Below are positions 1 to 12,928 of a stretch of 64,000 nt of DNA, one piece after another (position 1 is the stretch's first letter; each line of letters begins with the position of its first letter). The translations under genes and the position numbers were made by a program. The stretch covers positions 75,640,001 to 75,704,000 of the forward strand of contig CM059430.1 of NCBI GenBank assembly GCA_030390025.1. The letters run 5' to 3'. A model generated the notes under the pieces. It was not told the origin of the DNA, did no database searches, and saw only the letters and a list, made by a program, of their open reading frames with translations. Source of the DNA: Squalus acanthias. Taxonomy: Eukaryota.

Positions 1-3000
1 CATTCAATGCGTTCATGGCTGAACATGCTACCTCAGTACCTCATTCCTGCTTTCTCGCCATACCCCTGATCCCCTTAGTTGTGAGTATTATATCTAACTC
101 CCTTTTGAATATATTTAGCGAACTGGCCTCAACAACCTTCTGTGGTAGAGAATTCCACAGATTCACCACTCTCTGGGTGAAGAAGTTCCTCCTCATCTCA
201 GTCTTAAATGGCTTCCCCTTTATCCTTGGACTGTGATCCCTGGTTTTAGTTTTCCCTAACATTGGAAACATTCTGCCCGCATCTAATTTGTCTAAACCAG
301 TCAGGATTTTAAACGTCTCTATAAGATCCCCCCTCATTCTTCTGAACTCCAGAGGATACAAGTTCAGTGGATCCAGTCTTTCTTGATATGTCAGTCTGGC
401 CATCCCAGGAATCAATCTAGTGAATCTTCGTTGCACTCCCTCAATAGCAATAATGTCCTTCCTCAAGTTAGGAGACCAAAACTGCACACAATACTCCAGG
501 TGTGGCCTCACCAAGGCCCTGTACAACTGTAGCATCACCTCCCTACTCCTGTACTCAAATCCCCTTGCTATGAAGGCCATCATGCCATTTGCTTTCTTGA
601 CTGCCTGCAGCACTTGCCTTCCCACCTTCAGTGACTGATGTACCATGACGCCCAGGTCTCGTTGCACCTCCCCTTTCCCTAATCTGCCACCATTCAGGTA
701 ATAGTCTGCCTCCCTATTTTTACCACCAAAGTGGATAACCTCACATTTATCCACATTGTACTTCATCTGCCATACATTTGCCCATTCACCCAAACTGTCC
801 AAGTCACTCTGTAGCCTCCTAGCATCCTCCTCAATGTTCACACTGCCTCCCAATTTAGTGTCATCCGCAAATTTGGATTATCACAATTAATCCCTTCGTC
901 CAAATCATTTATATATAATGTAAACAGCTGGGGCCACAGCACCGAACCCTGCGGTACCCCGCTGGTCACTGTCTGCCATTCTGAAAAGTACCCATTTAAT
1001 TCTACTCTTTGTTTCCTGTGTGCCAACCAGTTCTCAATCCACGTCCACACATTACCCCCAATCCCATGTGCTTTAACTTTGCACACCAATCTCTTGTGTG
1101 GGACCTTGTCGAAGGCCTTCTGAAAGTCCAAATACACCACATCTACTGGTCCCCCCCCCCCCCGTCCACCCTATTGGAAACATCCTCAAAAAATTCCAGA
1201 AGATTTGTCAAGCATGATTTCCCTATCACAAATCCATGCTGACTTGGACCTATCATGCCGCCACTTTCCAAATGGTCTGTTATGACATCTTTAATAATTA
1301 ATTCCGTCATTTTACCCACCACCGATGTCAGGCTGACCGGTTTATAATTCCCTGCTTTCTCCCTCCCTCCTTTTTTAAAAAGAGGGGTTACATTAGCCAC
1401 CCTCCACTCCTTCGGAACTGATCCAGAGTCTAAGGAATGTTGGAAAATGATCGTCAATGCATCCACTATTTCCAAGGCCACCTCCTTAAGTACTCTGGGA
1501 TGCAGACCATCAGGCCCTGGAGATTTATCAGCCTTCAGTCCCATCAATTTCCCCAACACCTTTTCCCGACTGATAAGGATTTCCCTCAGCTCCTCCCTCT
1601 TACCAGATCCTTTGATCTCTTTTATTTCCGGAAGGTTGTTTGTGTCCTCCACAGTAAACACCGAACCAAAGTACTTGTTCAATTGATCTGCCATTTCTTT
1701 GTTCCCAATTATGACTTCACCTGTTTCTGACTGCAGGGGACCTACCTTTGTTTTTACTAACCACTTTCTTTTTACATATTAATAGAAGCCTTTGCATTCC
1801 GTTTTAATGTTCTCCGCAAGCTTCCTTTCATATTTTATTTTCCCTGCCCTAATCAAACCCTTCGTCCTCCTCTTCTGAGTTTTAAAGTTCTCCCAGTCCC
1901 CGGGTTTGCTGCTACTTCTGGCCAATTTGTATGCCACTTCCTTGCTTTTAATACTATCCCTGATTTCCCTTGTTAGCCATGGTTGAGCCACCTTCCCTTT
2001 TTTATTTTTACGACAGACAGGGATGTACAATTGCTGTAGTTCATCCATGCGATCTCTAAATGTCTGCCATTGCCCTTCCACTGATAACCCCTTAAATATC
2101 GCTTGCCAATATAACCTCGCCAATTCACGCCTCATACCCTCAAAGTTGTCCTTATTTAAGTTCTGGACCATGGTCTCTGAATTAACTGTTTCCTTCTCCT
2201 TCATAATGTAGAACTCCAACTTTTCCCCAAGGGGCCTCGCACCACAAGATTGCTGATTAGTCCTTCCTCATTACACAACACTCAGTCCAGGATGGCCTCC
2301 CCTCTAGTTGGTTCCTCAACATATTGGTTTAGGAAACCATCCCTTACACACTCCAGAAAATCCTCCTCCACCGTATTGCTTCCAGTTTGAGTAGCCCAAT
2401 CTATATGCATATTAAAGTCACCCATGATAACTGCTGTGCCTTTTTTGCATGCACCTCTGATTTCCTGTTTCATACCCTCGCCCAACTCACTACTACTGTT
2501 TGGAGGTCTGTGCACAACCCCCACTAACGTTTTCTGCCCTTTGGTGTTCTGCAGCTCAACTCATATTGATTCCACATCCTCCAAGCTAATGTCCTTCCTA
2601 GTTATTGCATTAATCTCCTTTTTAACCAGCAATGCTATACCACCCCCTTTTCCTTTTATTCTATCCTTCCTGAATGTTGAATACCCCTGGATATTCAGTT
2701 CCCAGCCTTGATTGTTCTGGAGCCACGTCTCTGTAATCCCAATCACATCATATCCATTAACATCAATTTGCACAGTCAATTCATCCACCTTATTACGGAT
2801 GCTCCTTGCATTAAGACAGAGAGGGCTAAAAATTGAGTCGCGCCCCATTTGGGGCGCTAACCTCGCCGGGGCGCAACGTTTAGCACCCCGAAAAAATTAG
2901 CGGCCCCACGCCGGAACTTCAGTGGTTGCGCCCCAAGAGGGAAGCGGGGCGCTACTGGAAGCACCCCGCATCCCTCTTGGGGCGCTGCGAGGGAATATCC

Positions 3001-3956
3001 TGGCCCTATGTGCCGCAGCGCCAGGCACTGCGGCACGTCGCGCCACGGTATTGCAGGCCTTCCTCCCCTTCTTAAAGGGGAGGGGCCCTGCGCAGCGCGA
3101 ACCGGGGCCCAGCTGGGCCCCCAGGGATCGGGAGTGCCGGCAAAAGAGCCCGGCACTCAAGAGAAGTGCCGGGCTCTTGGAGCGCAGCCGGCACGTCACA
3201 GTGGGGGGGCTTCACGGGGGTATGGGGATAGCAACAGGGCCAGGTGCTGGCAGGCGGCCAGCAGCAAAAATGGCCGCCTGCCAGCTCCCCTTTAAATATC
3301 GCCGCCCCAGCCGCACGTACGCCCCCCTGAACCCATCGGACATAGTGTCTGCCGGTAAGTCAGGGGTGCGACTGAAGATCGCGGCTGGAGCGCGAGCGGG
3401 GTGCTGCGCACGGCGATGACGTCATCGCCAGCGGCGCAGCGCCACAGGGCTCTACCGGCTGGCTCGGGCCTAACCTCCTGCTGAATTTTGCGGGAGGCGT
3501 GGGCGGCGCTGCGCCCGGGCATTAGCTGCTTTGCACCGCATTAGCGCCCTCTTAAGGCGCTAACGGGAGGCGCAAGCAGCTGAATTTTTCCCCCAGAGCC
3601 TTTAGGCTTGTTTTATTAACACCCTTTGTCCTTTTAGACTTATGATTTAGTATGGCCCTTTGTTTTTCTTGCCTTTGTTTACTCGGATTTCCATTATTGT
3701 TTCTCACCCTTCTAACATTTGTTTCTGACTGCATATTACTTCCCCCTGTTTCGCAACATAGGTTCCCATTCCCCTGCCATATTAGTTTAAATCCTCCCGA
3801 ACTGCCTTAGCAAATATTACCCCGAGGACATCGGTTCTAGTCCTGCCCAAGTGCAGACCGTCCCTTTTGTACAGGTCCCACTTCCCCCAGAACTGGTTCC
3901 AATGCCTCAGGTATTTGAATCCCTCCCTCCTGCACCACTGCTCAAGCCACGTGCTG
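1..3956 (-). mobile_element. CR1-clade LINE, decayed: end of ORF1 (esterase-like) plus ORF2 endonuclease and reverse transcriptase; 3' end runs off the window; split by a MITE at 2823-3594
   Basis: Minus-strand ORFs give KRDGLHL (ORF1), [83 protein letters not shown], broken by frameshifts. Confidence 0.95.
2823..3594. mobile_element. GC-rich non-autonomous DNA transposon (MITE, probably Harbinger/PIF-type) with 3-bp TSD
   Basis: Imperfect TIRs GGGCTAAAAATTGAG and revcomp GGGGGAAAAATTCAG (12/15). AGA flanks both sides (2820-2822, 3595-3597). Excision restores CR1 codons K-A-L-C-L-N. Confidence 0.85.
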
Positions 3957-6900
3957 CACCAGTCCATCCTCCATCAGTTCTTCGCACCTCTAAACAGACT
4001 TACTGGCTGGCTGCTTGGAGACAAGGGACGTGGGTCATGACAACCTTGAGCAGGCCAAATACTGAGGCCCAGGTGTGTTATAATGAGAGCCACATGTACA
4101 CTTGATGTGTCATAGAGCAAGCAATAGGCATGCAGAAGATGCGCTTCAGTTACCTTGACAGATTTGGAGGAGCCATTAAGTACACATCACCCAGAGTCGC
4201 CAGAATCATCGTTGATTGCTGTGCACTGCACCACATAGAGCAGCCAGTGAGGACTGGAGCTGCAGGAGGAGAAATGCACAAATCGCACTTCCTCTTCAGT
4301 GGAGGAGTAGGTGGAAGACGAGGAGGAGGAAATAGAGGAACTTGAGGTGGAGATGGCACCAACAGTGGTGCATATTGCTGCCCGGGATATTTGGGAGGGT
4401 CTCACCATCCAGATTTACTGAAATTGCTCCAATGTTCCCATATGGCTGCCACATGCTTTACTAAGTCCCCCCCCCCCCGCCATCAACAACACCATAAAGC
4501 ATCCCTACAATGACCAAACCATTCCTGTCACCCAAACCAACGTTGCTCGAGTTTAAGTAATGACTCACCATTCACTCCAAGTGGTAAAGCCATTTCCAAG
4601 GTAGCAGGCAAAAATGGACAAGACTGGAAAGTAGTGCAAAGAAAGACATTTATCTGTGTCATAAAAATAACTGAAACTTAAAAGTAACATTTTTTCATAC
4701 ACCCATGTGCATAACATTGTGCATCTAGGGTTGTGCCTTTTTTCTTTTCCGAGTGCTTCTACGAGGTGCAACCCCTGTGGCTTCAGCAGAGGTGGAGGCA
4801 GGCTGCTCACTTCCCTGCTGCGACATGTTAGACACTTTTGGCTGACGGCCTCTGGGCCTTGGAGCCAGTGAGGTCCCCGCCATACACTGTCCCTCCTGCA
4901 AAAGTCAGGGGCAGACTCGGCCATCAGGATCCGAATCAGCCTGTGGGGCTCTGACTTAGGGGGAGGCAACGGGGCGAGTAGGAGCGCTTTGAGAAGTGCC
5001 CCCACTTCCATGTCCCCTCTCACCATCATCCCTTTTATGGGCACCCACACTTCCCTACTAGCAAGGATTTGGAGAACATCTTGCTGAACAGCAGTGGGGC
5101 GATGAACGCTCAAGTCAATGTTTATATCCCTCCTAGGGATGAGGCTTATGAGCACCTGACATCTGTTGCTAACAGCGAGCATGTGCTCATGTGACTGGCA
5201 CATTTGTTGTGCAATGCAGGTGGCCACCCATTCCATGGAACAGCAAATCATCGCCATTGCCTGCGACATGGTGGTGCTCATGTTGGAGATGGACTCCTCC
5301 ATTCTCCACACATTTGCAGACATCGAGGCTGCAAAAGCTTACAGAGCCTCTTGCAATCGTTGCTGCCCCTCCGAGATCACCCTCTTTCTCGATGGCCCCC
5401 GAGGTTCAACATCTGCATGCAGCTCAGCAGAGCTTGGAGCATCCTGCGCCCTCCGGCGAGGAGTCTCCACTGCTGTCACTGTCAACACCAGCTGCTTTTG
5501 CTCACTTGTGAAGTATGAGACACCAGGTGACAACACAACTCTATCTCGCACAGGACTCACCAAGGTTTGTATATCTGCATTGGTGCTAGCTACACTTGGG
5601 TCTGCTGACGGTGCACACTCAGATGCTGGAGCTTCCTCTAAGGAGTCATCCTCCTCCTCTGGTTCGACAGTGGGAGACCTGTGGGAGAGTAAAGTGATGA
5701 ATTAAAGGTGTTGTGATAAAAATGGGTAAAGCTGCCATTATGCATGTGCCGATAGTTCACTGGCTACTGACATCAGTCACCATATGAGTGACTGCTGTAT
5801 GCCATGTGGCTGTATTGGATGTAATTCTGTCACCAGGTTGCTGGGATGTCTCCCTCTCTCCGTCTCACACCGCCAGCAGCTCTGCAACTCGAAAGATCAG
5901 CCGGGACACCTCCTCTGCTCTACTCAATTGAGTGAATTTTGGAGGGACACCTCCGCTTATCTGCCTCAAAGAATCATTGAATCATAGAATGTTTAAAGCA
6001 CAGAAGGAGGCCATTCGGCCCGTCGAGCCCACGACGGGTCTCTGCAAGAGCACTTTAACTGGTCCTACTCCCCGCCCTCTCTGCGTAGCCCTGCATTTTG
6101 TTTTCCTTCAGATACTTATCCAACTCCCTTTTGAAAGCCACGATTGAATCTGCCTCCACCGCCCATTCAGTAAGTACATTCCAGATCATAACCACTCGCT
6201 GCGTAAAAAGTTTTTCCTCATGTTCCCTTTGGTCCTTATGGCAAACACTTTAAATCTATGTCCTCTGGTTCTCGACCCTTCCAACAATGGGAAATGTTTT
6301 CTCTGTATACTCTATCTAGACCGCTGATGATTTTGAACACCTCTATCAAATCTCTTCTCAACCTTCTCTGCTCTAAGGAGAACAATGCCATCTTCCCCAT
6401 TCTATCCACATAACTGAAGTCCCTCATCCCCGGAACCATTCTTGTAAATCTTTTCTGCACCCTCTCTAAGGCCTTCAGATCCTTCGTATGATGCGGTTCC
6501 CAGAACTGGACACAAGTACTCCAGTTGAGGCCGAACCAGTGTTTCATCATCACTTCCTTGCTTTTGTACATAATACCTCTATCTATAAAGCCCAGTATCC
6601 CGTATGCTTTTTTAACCGCTTTGTGCACATATACCCCCAGGACTCGCTGTTTCTGCACCCACTTTAGAATTGTACCCTTTAGTTTATATTGCCTCTCTTC
6701 GTTCTTCCTACCAATATGCATTACTTCGCAATTTTCTGAGTTAAATTTCATCTGCCACGTGTCCACCCATTCCACCAGCCTGTCTATGTCCTCGTGCAGT
6801 CTATCACTATAGTCTCCCTATTGTTCTGGGCTCTGCAAGAGGGAAAGAAGAGAACGTTTAGTGAGATTGATGGAGTGAGTGTAAGAAATGGATGAGCTAC

Positions 6901-7775
6901 ATATGTAGATGGTAACTATGAGGGAGTGGCGAGATATTGCCAAAGGGTGTGTGGTTAGTCAGATAGGGAAGTGAGTATGTACAGAGAGAGAGGGATGGGT
7001 GGGCCTGCAAGGTAGTTTGTTGTGAGGAATGATGTGCAGGAGTAGGCTTGGGAAGCCAGTGTGATGGGGATATGGTGACAGGCACATCAGAGTGAAGGTG
7101 AGTGTGGCATTCAACTCACCCTTCCTGAACTCATGAGATCATTGAATCGTATCCTGCACTGGATCCACGTCCCACTGACCACATCCCTGCTGCAAACCTG
7201 CAAAGCAGGGACAGGGTACTGGATTTGGATGATCAGCCATGATCGTATTGAATGGTGGAGCAGGCTCGACGGGCCGAATGGCCTACTCCTGCTCCTAGAT
7301 TCTATGTTTCTATGTTTCTATGTTTTTCCTCTGCAATCTCCAACCATACAATTTTGGTGTCTTTGTGTGGTCTTGTGCGCCTATCGCCAGGGAAGAGGAC
7401 CTCCCTGTGTGCTCTCACTGCTTGCACCAGAACATCGAGGCTTGCAGCTCTTAATCTTGGTGCGGCCCCCTGCCTTGGTGCATCCATGGCCAAAACTTTT
7501 TTAAGCTCTGTAACAGTAGTCAGACCTCTGGCAATCACCTTGAACAGTCCTTCATCAACCTTCAATGAGATGTGTGCAAGGCTGCTTTAAGTATCGGCGG
7601 TGGAAACAAGCCATCGATGACATCATCAGACACACTCCATTTAATTGGGCCAGGAAACACGCATGACTGATGTAACTGGGGCCATTAAGTAAAAGTCGCA
7701 CTGAAGAATGCGTTGCTTACAACATCGGGTTCCTAACCCGCTACGCGGCCCGCACGCACGCAACCCGATTCCAAC
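3957..7775. mobile_element. Decayed Harbinger/PIF transposon: transposase C-terminus on + (~3957-4420) and convergent Myb/SANT-like second ORF remnants on - (~4565-5700, ~7100-7500)
   Basis: Plus-strand frames give WLLGDKG, TEAQVCYNESH, RFSYLDRFGGAIKYTSPRVARIIVDCCALH (HARBI1-like). Minus strand gives APRLRAASLDVLVQAV..REVLFP...WLEIA. Interrupted by CR1 pieces. Confidence 0.8.
5985..6815 (-). mobile_element. 5'-truncated CR1 LINE (3' end) nested in the Harbinger element
   Basis: ORF 6236-6775 has WQMKFN, KKAYGILGFI, ALERVQKRFTRM, LFSLEQRRLR; CR1-type 3' UTR. Confidence 0.9.
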
Positions 7776-8563
7776 CTATGTCTCGATTTATAAAGCCAAG
7801 TATCCCGTATGCTTTTTTAACAGCTTTATCAACTTGACCTGCCACCTTCAAAATGTGGGTATGTGAAACCCCAGGTCTCTCTGTTCCTCCACCCCAATTT
7901 AAAATTGTACCACTTAATTTAAAGTGCCTCTCTTCACTGTTCATTGGAAAGTGCATCATTTCACACTTCACAGCTATTATATTTCACCAGTCATGTATAT
8001 GCCCATTTCACCAGTTTTTCTATGGCTTCCCGAAGTCTGCTGCTATCCTCCTAACTGTTTACTACAGTTCCAAACTTTGTGTCATCTGCAAATTTAACAT
8101 TATGTCCCCTAAATCCAAGTCCGGGTCTTTGATATATCTCAAGTTTATCAGAAATGATTTGCCTTTAATAAACCTATGTTAGCTGTTCTTTATTAAACAA
8201 TTTTCTTCCAAGTGACATGTTGTACCGGATTACGGCTTCTAGAAGTCTCCCCACCACCTACATTAGGCTGAATGGCCTGTAGTTACCTGGTTTATTTATC
8301 TCCTTTTTTTGAACAGGGTTGTAACATTTGCAAATCTCCTGCGCTTTGGCCATACTCCCATATCCGAGGAAGATGGAAAGATTGTGGCCAAAGCCTCTGC
8401 TATTTCCACCCTTACATCCCTCAGCAACCTGGATGCATCCAATCTGCACCAGGTGATTTTTCTACTTGGCATGCTGCCAGACGTTTGAGTACCTTCACTT
8501 TATGAATTTCTATCCTATCCAACGTTTCTACCGCCTGCTCCTTTATCGTGACATTAGCAGGAT

Positions 8564-9468
8564 TGGCCCAACATTTGGAGGTTTCTCGCGGGCGGATGCC
8601 TCCGACATGTTTAATATCTACGCATTTACCTGGTGGCCCCGGAGATACAGAGGCTTGCGATACTGGGCCTCTCCAGGTACACGGGAGTAGAGGCCCACTT
8701 ATCCCAGGTGCGCATGCGGTTCACAAAGCGCCATCCTGGGAACACGTGGGCTGGCACAACCAATAAAAGAAGTGATCGGACGAAGGGTCATCGACCTGAA
8801 ACGTTAACTCTGTTTCTCTCTCCACAGATGCTAACTAACCTGCTGAGTATTTCCAGCATTTTCTGCTTTTATTTAAGATTAGCAGCATCTGCAGTATTTT
8901 GCCTTTGTAATAAAAGAAGGGAATGTCCCTTCATACTTATGGGGGTTTCGTACGTGTGGAACTCCCATAAATATGAATGGGGATAACTTAAAAAATACAT
9001 GAGCTCATGAAAAAAAAATAATGTCATTTTTAAAATTAATTAAAATGCCATTTAATTAAATATTTCAATCAAAAATTTTATTTTTTGAAAAAAATGTATA
9101 TATTTTAACGGGGCTAAAAATAAACTTACCTTATTGGACAGGGTTTTTAAAATATGAAAGAGTGATAACATTTTATTTTTCGATTTTTAAAACTCTCATG
9201 CTGGTAAAAGCAGGCCTTATGTCTGCTTTTATCAGGTGTAAGAAATTCACGGGCATTCAGTGGCGGGAAGTTGGGCAAATAGCGCAACTCTCCACCCGCA
9301 GAGGCCCATCTCCCGGGGAGTGGAGGATCTCTCAAGAAGATTCTTGAAAGATCGCAAGTTCCGGATTTTAGTGCAAGCGCGTTACATGCCTAAATCCAGA
9401 TCTTCTGCAGCCCCGATAGGCGCGTGCACACCTCGTAAACAACGGTAGGGGGTCCCAAAATACGGCCC
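8564..9468. mobile_element. MITE-like element (GC-rich arms, AT-rich core, GGCCC-type ends) carrying a short Penelope-type 3' fragment at ~8775-8905
   Basis: Ends TGGCCCAACATTTGG ... CCAAAATACGGCCC interrupt CR1 sequence. The internal GACCTGAAACGTTAACTCTGTTTCTCTCTCCACAGATGC block matches (reverse-complemented) the Penelope ends at 24893 and 33607. Confidence 0.6.
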
Positions 9469-9776
9469 ATATTCTTCTTTAGTGAAGACAGATGTAAAGT
9501 AGTAATTTAGTACCTCTTCACTCTTTACAAAATTTCCAACTTTCGTTCCATCTACAAACTTTGAAATTATGTGCTGTATATCCCAGTCCAGATCATTACT
9601 ATATATCAAAAAGAGCAGTGGTCTTAATACCACCCCTGAGGAATATCACACTATAATTCCCTCCTGTCTAAAGAACAACCGTTATCGTGTATTCTCTGCT
9701 TTCTGTCTCTTACCATTTCATGTCTACTCTGCCACTGTCCCTTTAATTCATGGGCTTCAAATTTGCTAACTGCTCT

Positions 9777-10444
9777 TGCAGTGGGGAAGGAGTTAAACTG
9801 ACATCGTTGGCAGTTTCACTCAATGGTGTAATAAAGACAATAATCTAATAGGCCTTTGCAGTAGTAAGCTTTTTCTAAATTGCTGAACTGGCAGTTGAGA
9901 TAACCTAAGCAATAGTGTTAGAATGATTAACGACTGCATACTGTGTCATTTGGAGACAATTGTAAATAGCCGGATATTGAACCATAAGAGGCCAAGAGGA
10001 TGTAAGTTATGTTCTGGCAGGAAACTAAAACAATGAGTTGGAAGTGAAGAGGCTGAGAGAGGCAGGAAAGCAGGACAATGAGTCAGAAGTACAATGCTGA
10101 TGAGACTCCATCTGGCATAAACAAAGGTCATAGGTGCAACAACAGCTTGTGGGATAACGGAGACATACTTTTCTGATAATAAAGGCGGTACTTTAATATA
10201 ACGCGGCATAGGCAGCCAATCAGTGAAGATGCATGCGGGCCAAGGTCCAACCAGTTGGCAGGAATGAATATTGCATGAGCTGGACATATGTATTGTAATG
10301 TATAAAAATGTAGTGTTTGCTGTAACAATTAGGAGAAGTCTGGCTAAGACAGAGCAGATTTTCTCCCCACCGGTGTAATAAAGACGACTTGATTATCGAT
10401 CCGAAAACCTTGTGTCGAGTGCTGGTTTAAAATACTCCACAACA
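9777..10444 (+). mobile_element. Solo LTR (668 bp) with 4-bp TSD
   Basis: Starts TGCAGTGG and ends CCACAACA (TG...CA, 6/8 inverted match). CTCT on both sides (9773-9776, 10445-10448). CCAAT ~10216, TATAAAA 10301, AATAAA 10377. Interrupts a CR1. Confidence 0.8.
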
Positions 10445-11324
10445 CTCTATTATGTGGCACTTCATCAAATGCCCTTTGAAAGGCCATATACCCAACCTCA
10501 TCGCACAACCTTCATGAACCCTCTCTGCTATTTCAGTAGAAAACGCAATCAAACTTGTGGGACACAATTTTCCTTCAACAAATCAGTGCTGGCAGCCATT
10601 TATTCATCCAACTTTATCCATGTGACAATTTTGTCTGGATTATTGTCGCTAAAAGTTTTCCCATCCCGGACATTAGGTTGATTGCCATGTAATTACCGGT
10701 TTAGCCCTCCCTCCCTTTTTGAACAGGGGTATAACTTTTGCAATCGCTCAGTACTCGAGCACCAATTCCATATTCAAGGAGGATTGACATATTGTGGCTA
10801 TAGCCTCCGCTATTTCCATCCTCACTTGCTTCAGTAACCTGGGATTCATCCCATCCCGACCGGGTGACCTTTCCACTTTGAGCACTTCCAGCATTTTAAA
10901 TACCCGCTCGTTATCGCTTTTTATCGTATACATTGTCTCTACTGTCTCCTCCTTTACTTTGACATTGGCTGGCAACCTCATGCTTTGTGAAAACAGTTGC
11001 AAAGTATTAATTTAGCACATCAGCCATGCACTCTGCCTCCACAAGATGATTTAATTTTTGTTCCCTAATCGGCCCTACTGATTATATTACTATCCTGGTA
11101 GATAAATCCTAAATCAGAACGCCATGATCACTTACTAACTTGAGTTATTTGAAAAGTTATAGAAATGTAGATTTAACCTTTATGGGTAATAAATTCATCT
11201 TGGGCGGTAGTGCACAATGGGCAATATCGATTCGGCGGCCTGTTTTGCACTCCGCTTGAATTTCCTTTCCATTAAACTCTCGCCACAGGAGTCGAGCAAA
11301 ATCAAAGTATGTTTCAGGTCCAAC

Positions 11325-11505
11325 TGAGAGGGCTGACCTGGATTTCATTCAACGTCTTATCCGCAAGACGGCACCTCCAAAAGTGCTGCACTCCTTCAGT
11401 ACTGCACTGAAGTGTCAGCCGGGAGTATAAACTCATTTTTTTGGAGTGGGTATTGAAACATTAACCTGCTGACTAAGAGCCGAGACTGCTACCACTAAGC
11501 CAACA
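11325..11505 (-). mobile_element. tRNA-derived SINE fragment
   Basis: Minus strand reads GGCTTAGTGGTAGC (A-box-like), then a degenerate B-box, then a CTGACACTTCAGTGCAGTACTG...GGAGGTGCCGTCTT body. Confidence 0.6.
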
Positions 11506-12411
11506 CTAGATAAGGTCAATCACTACAGCCTCGGAAGGAGGCAGTTATTTGAGTAATTTACTTGGATAGATATGGAATATTAAATAGTATAGATAGGGTG
11601 AATGAAGGAGTTCACATTAAAACAAAAAGTTGCACTAGAGGGCAAAAGCAAAGCAACTTTGAAATATTTTAAAAACTGATATCGGAAAGTGTTATTTTTT
11701 GCTCAGTGGCGAGAATAATTCTTCAGAAGAGGTTACAAATCCAAAACTGCATTGTAATTGTGTCTAGATGCTCTAATGGGAGAGCTGGGATACTAGAGCT
11801 TCAATAGGCAGACTGGTCCATACTGGCCCTTGACTTTTCTCTTGCTCTTATTATCCATTTCATAGTGAGCTACTTTCCAGTGCATCACTGTTATTCTCTA
11901 TTAACAGAAGGTCTGGAGGACAGAGAATTAATATCGTAGAATATTGGTGCAATTTTTTTTACTCTTTCTTATTTTACTGATTTGTAGCAGAAAGCTTATA
12001 CTTAGAAGTAGTGTAGATGGTAGAGATGTCAAAAGAAGACAGAAACACACGGCAGTTCAGTCAGCATCTGGGAGAAGAACAGAAACGTTACTGTTTCGGA
12101 TGTTGACCTCTTTTCAAAACTGAAACTGAAGAGGTGCGGCGCAGATTAATAATATATATATGCCTTGCTCTTTCTAATTGTACGGGTAAAAATTGCTCTG
12201 ATCCTTAGCTGTAGTGACATCGTGAGTATTTTTGCTAGAAATACTGAGCAGAAGAAATCGTGGTAAAGGCATTTATAAAAATCTTTGTTTCCAATTGATA
12301 TATTTGGTTGTGATGGAAAAACAATTCCTCTATCCTTTATATGCAATCGGAATACAAGTTCGTTCTTCAGAGAAGTGCTCCCGAATTTGTTACACATGCC
12401 GCTAAGACATT

Positions 12412-12900
12412 GGCCCGGATTTTCCGGGGTCTATGACGGCGTATGCACAGAGTACGCGAACGTATGTTCCCCGTAAATTCCGGGTTTCCACTAAATGAGC
12501 TAGGTTATTTTTGACCCCATGAACAATGTTTAAATGTATTTTTCAAAAAGTTAGATTTTAGTTTTAAATGTTTAATTAAATTGTATTTTAAGTAATGTTG
12601 ACCATGTCATGATTTATTTTTATTTCAGTCTTGTGAAAATGTATTTTTTAGACGGTTCCTAGTATGCTTATGGGGATTCCGTAGATAAATCCCCCTTTGT
12701 GATTGTTCGGCCTGACCCACGTGATCCCAGCGAGGATTAGAACCGCCTGTGATACCTGGGCCTTGGCAGGAGGCCCGCGGGCCCAGGAGCGCGAGTATTC
12801 CAAGGTACAGAGGCACCAGGTAGGTGCGGAGTTAACTTGCATTTCGGAGGCATTCGCCCGCGGGAAGCCTACGACCGCAATTTCCAGCTCCAATATCCCC
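12412..12900. mobile_element. MITE-like fragment of the same GGCCC-ended family
   Basis: Starts TGGCCCGGATTTTCC; AT-rich core; GC-rich arm related (inverted) to 8580-8760. Confidence 0.5.
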
Positions 12901-12928
12901 ATCGCCCTGTAGTGTTTAATCAAAACAG

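Larger units (their letters stand above)
7780..11080 (-). mobile_element. Fragmented CR1 LINE sequence interrupted by a MITE (~8564-9468) and a solo LTR (9777-10444)
   Basis: Minus-strand motifs KAYGILGFINR, KPGNYRP, YFTSVFTKE, SPGRDGMNPRLLK. Confidence 0.75.

Noticed and set aside
2857-3522. Several overlapping GC-rich ORFs resembling a CpG-island gene
   Set aside because: All lie inside the TIR/TSD-bounded MITE; long ORFs reflect stop-codon scarcity at high GC.
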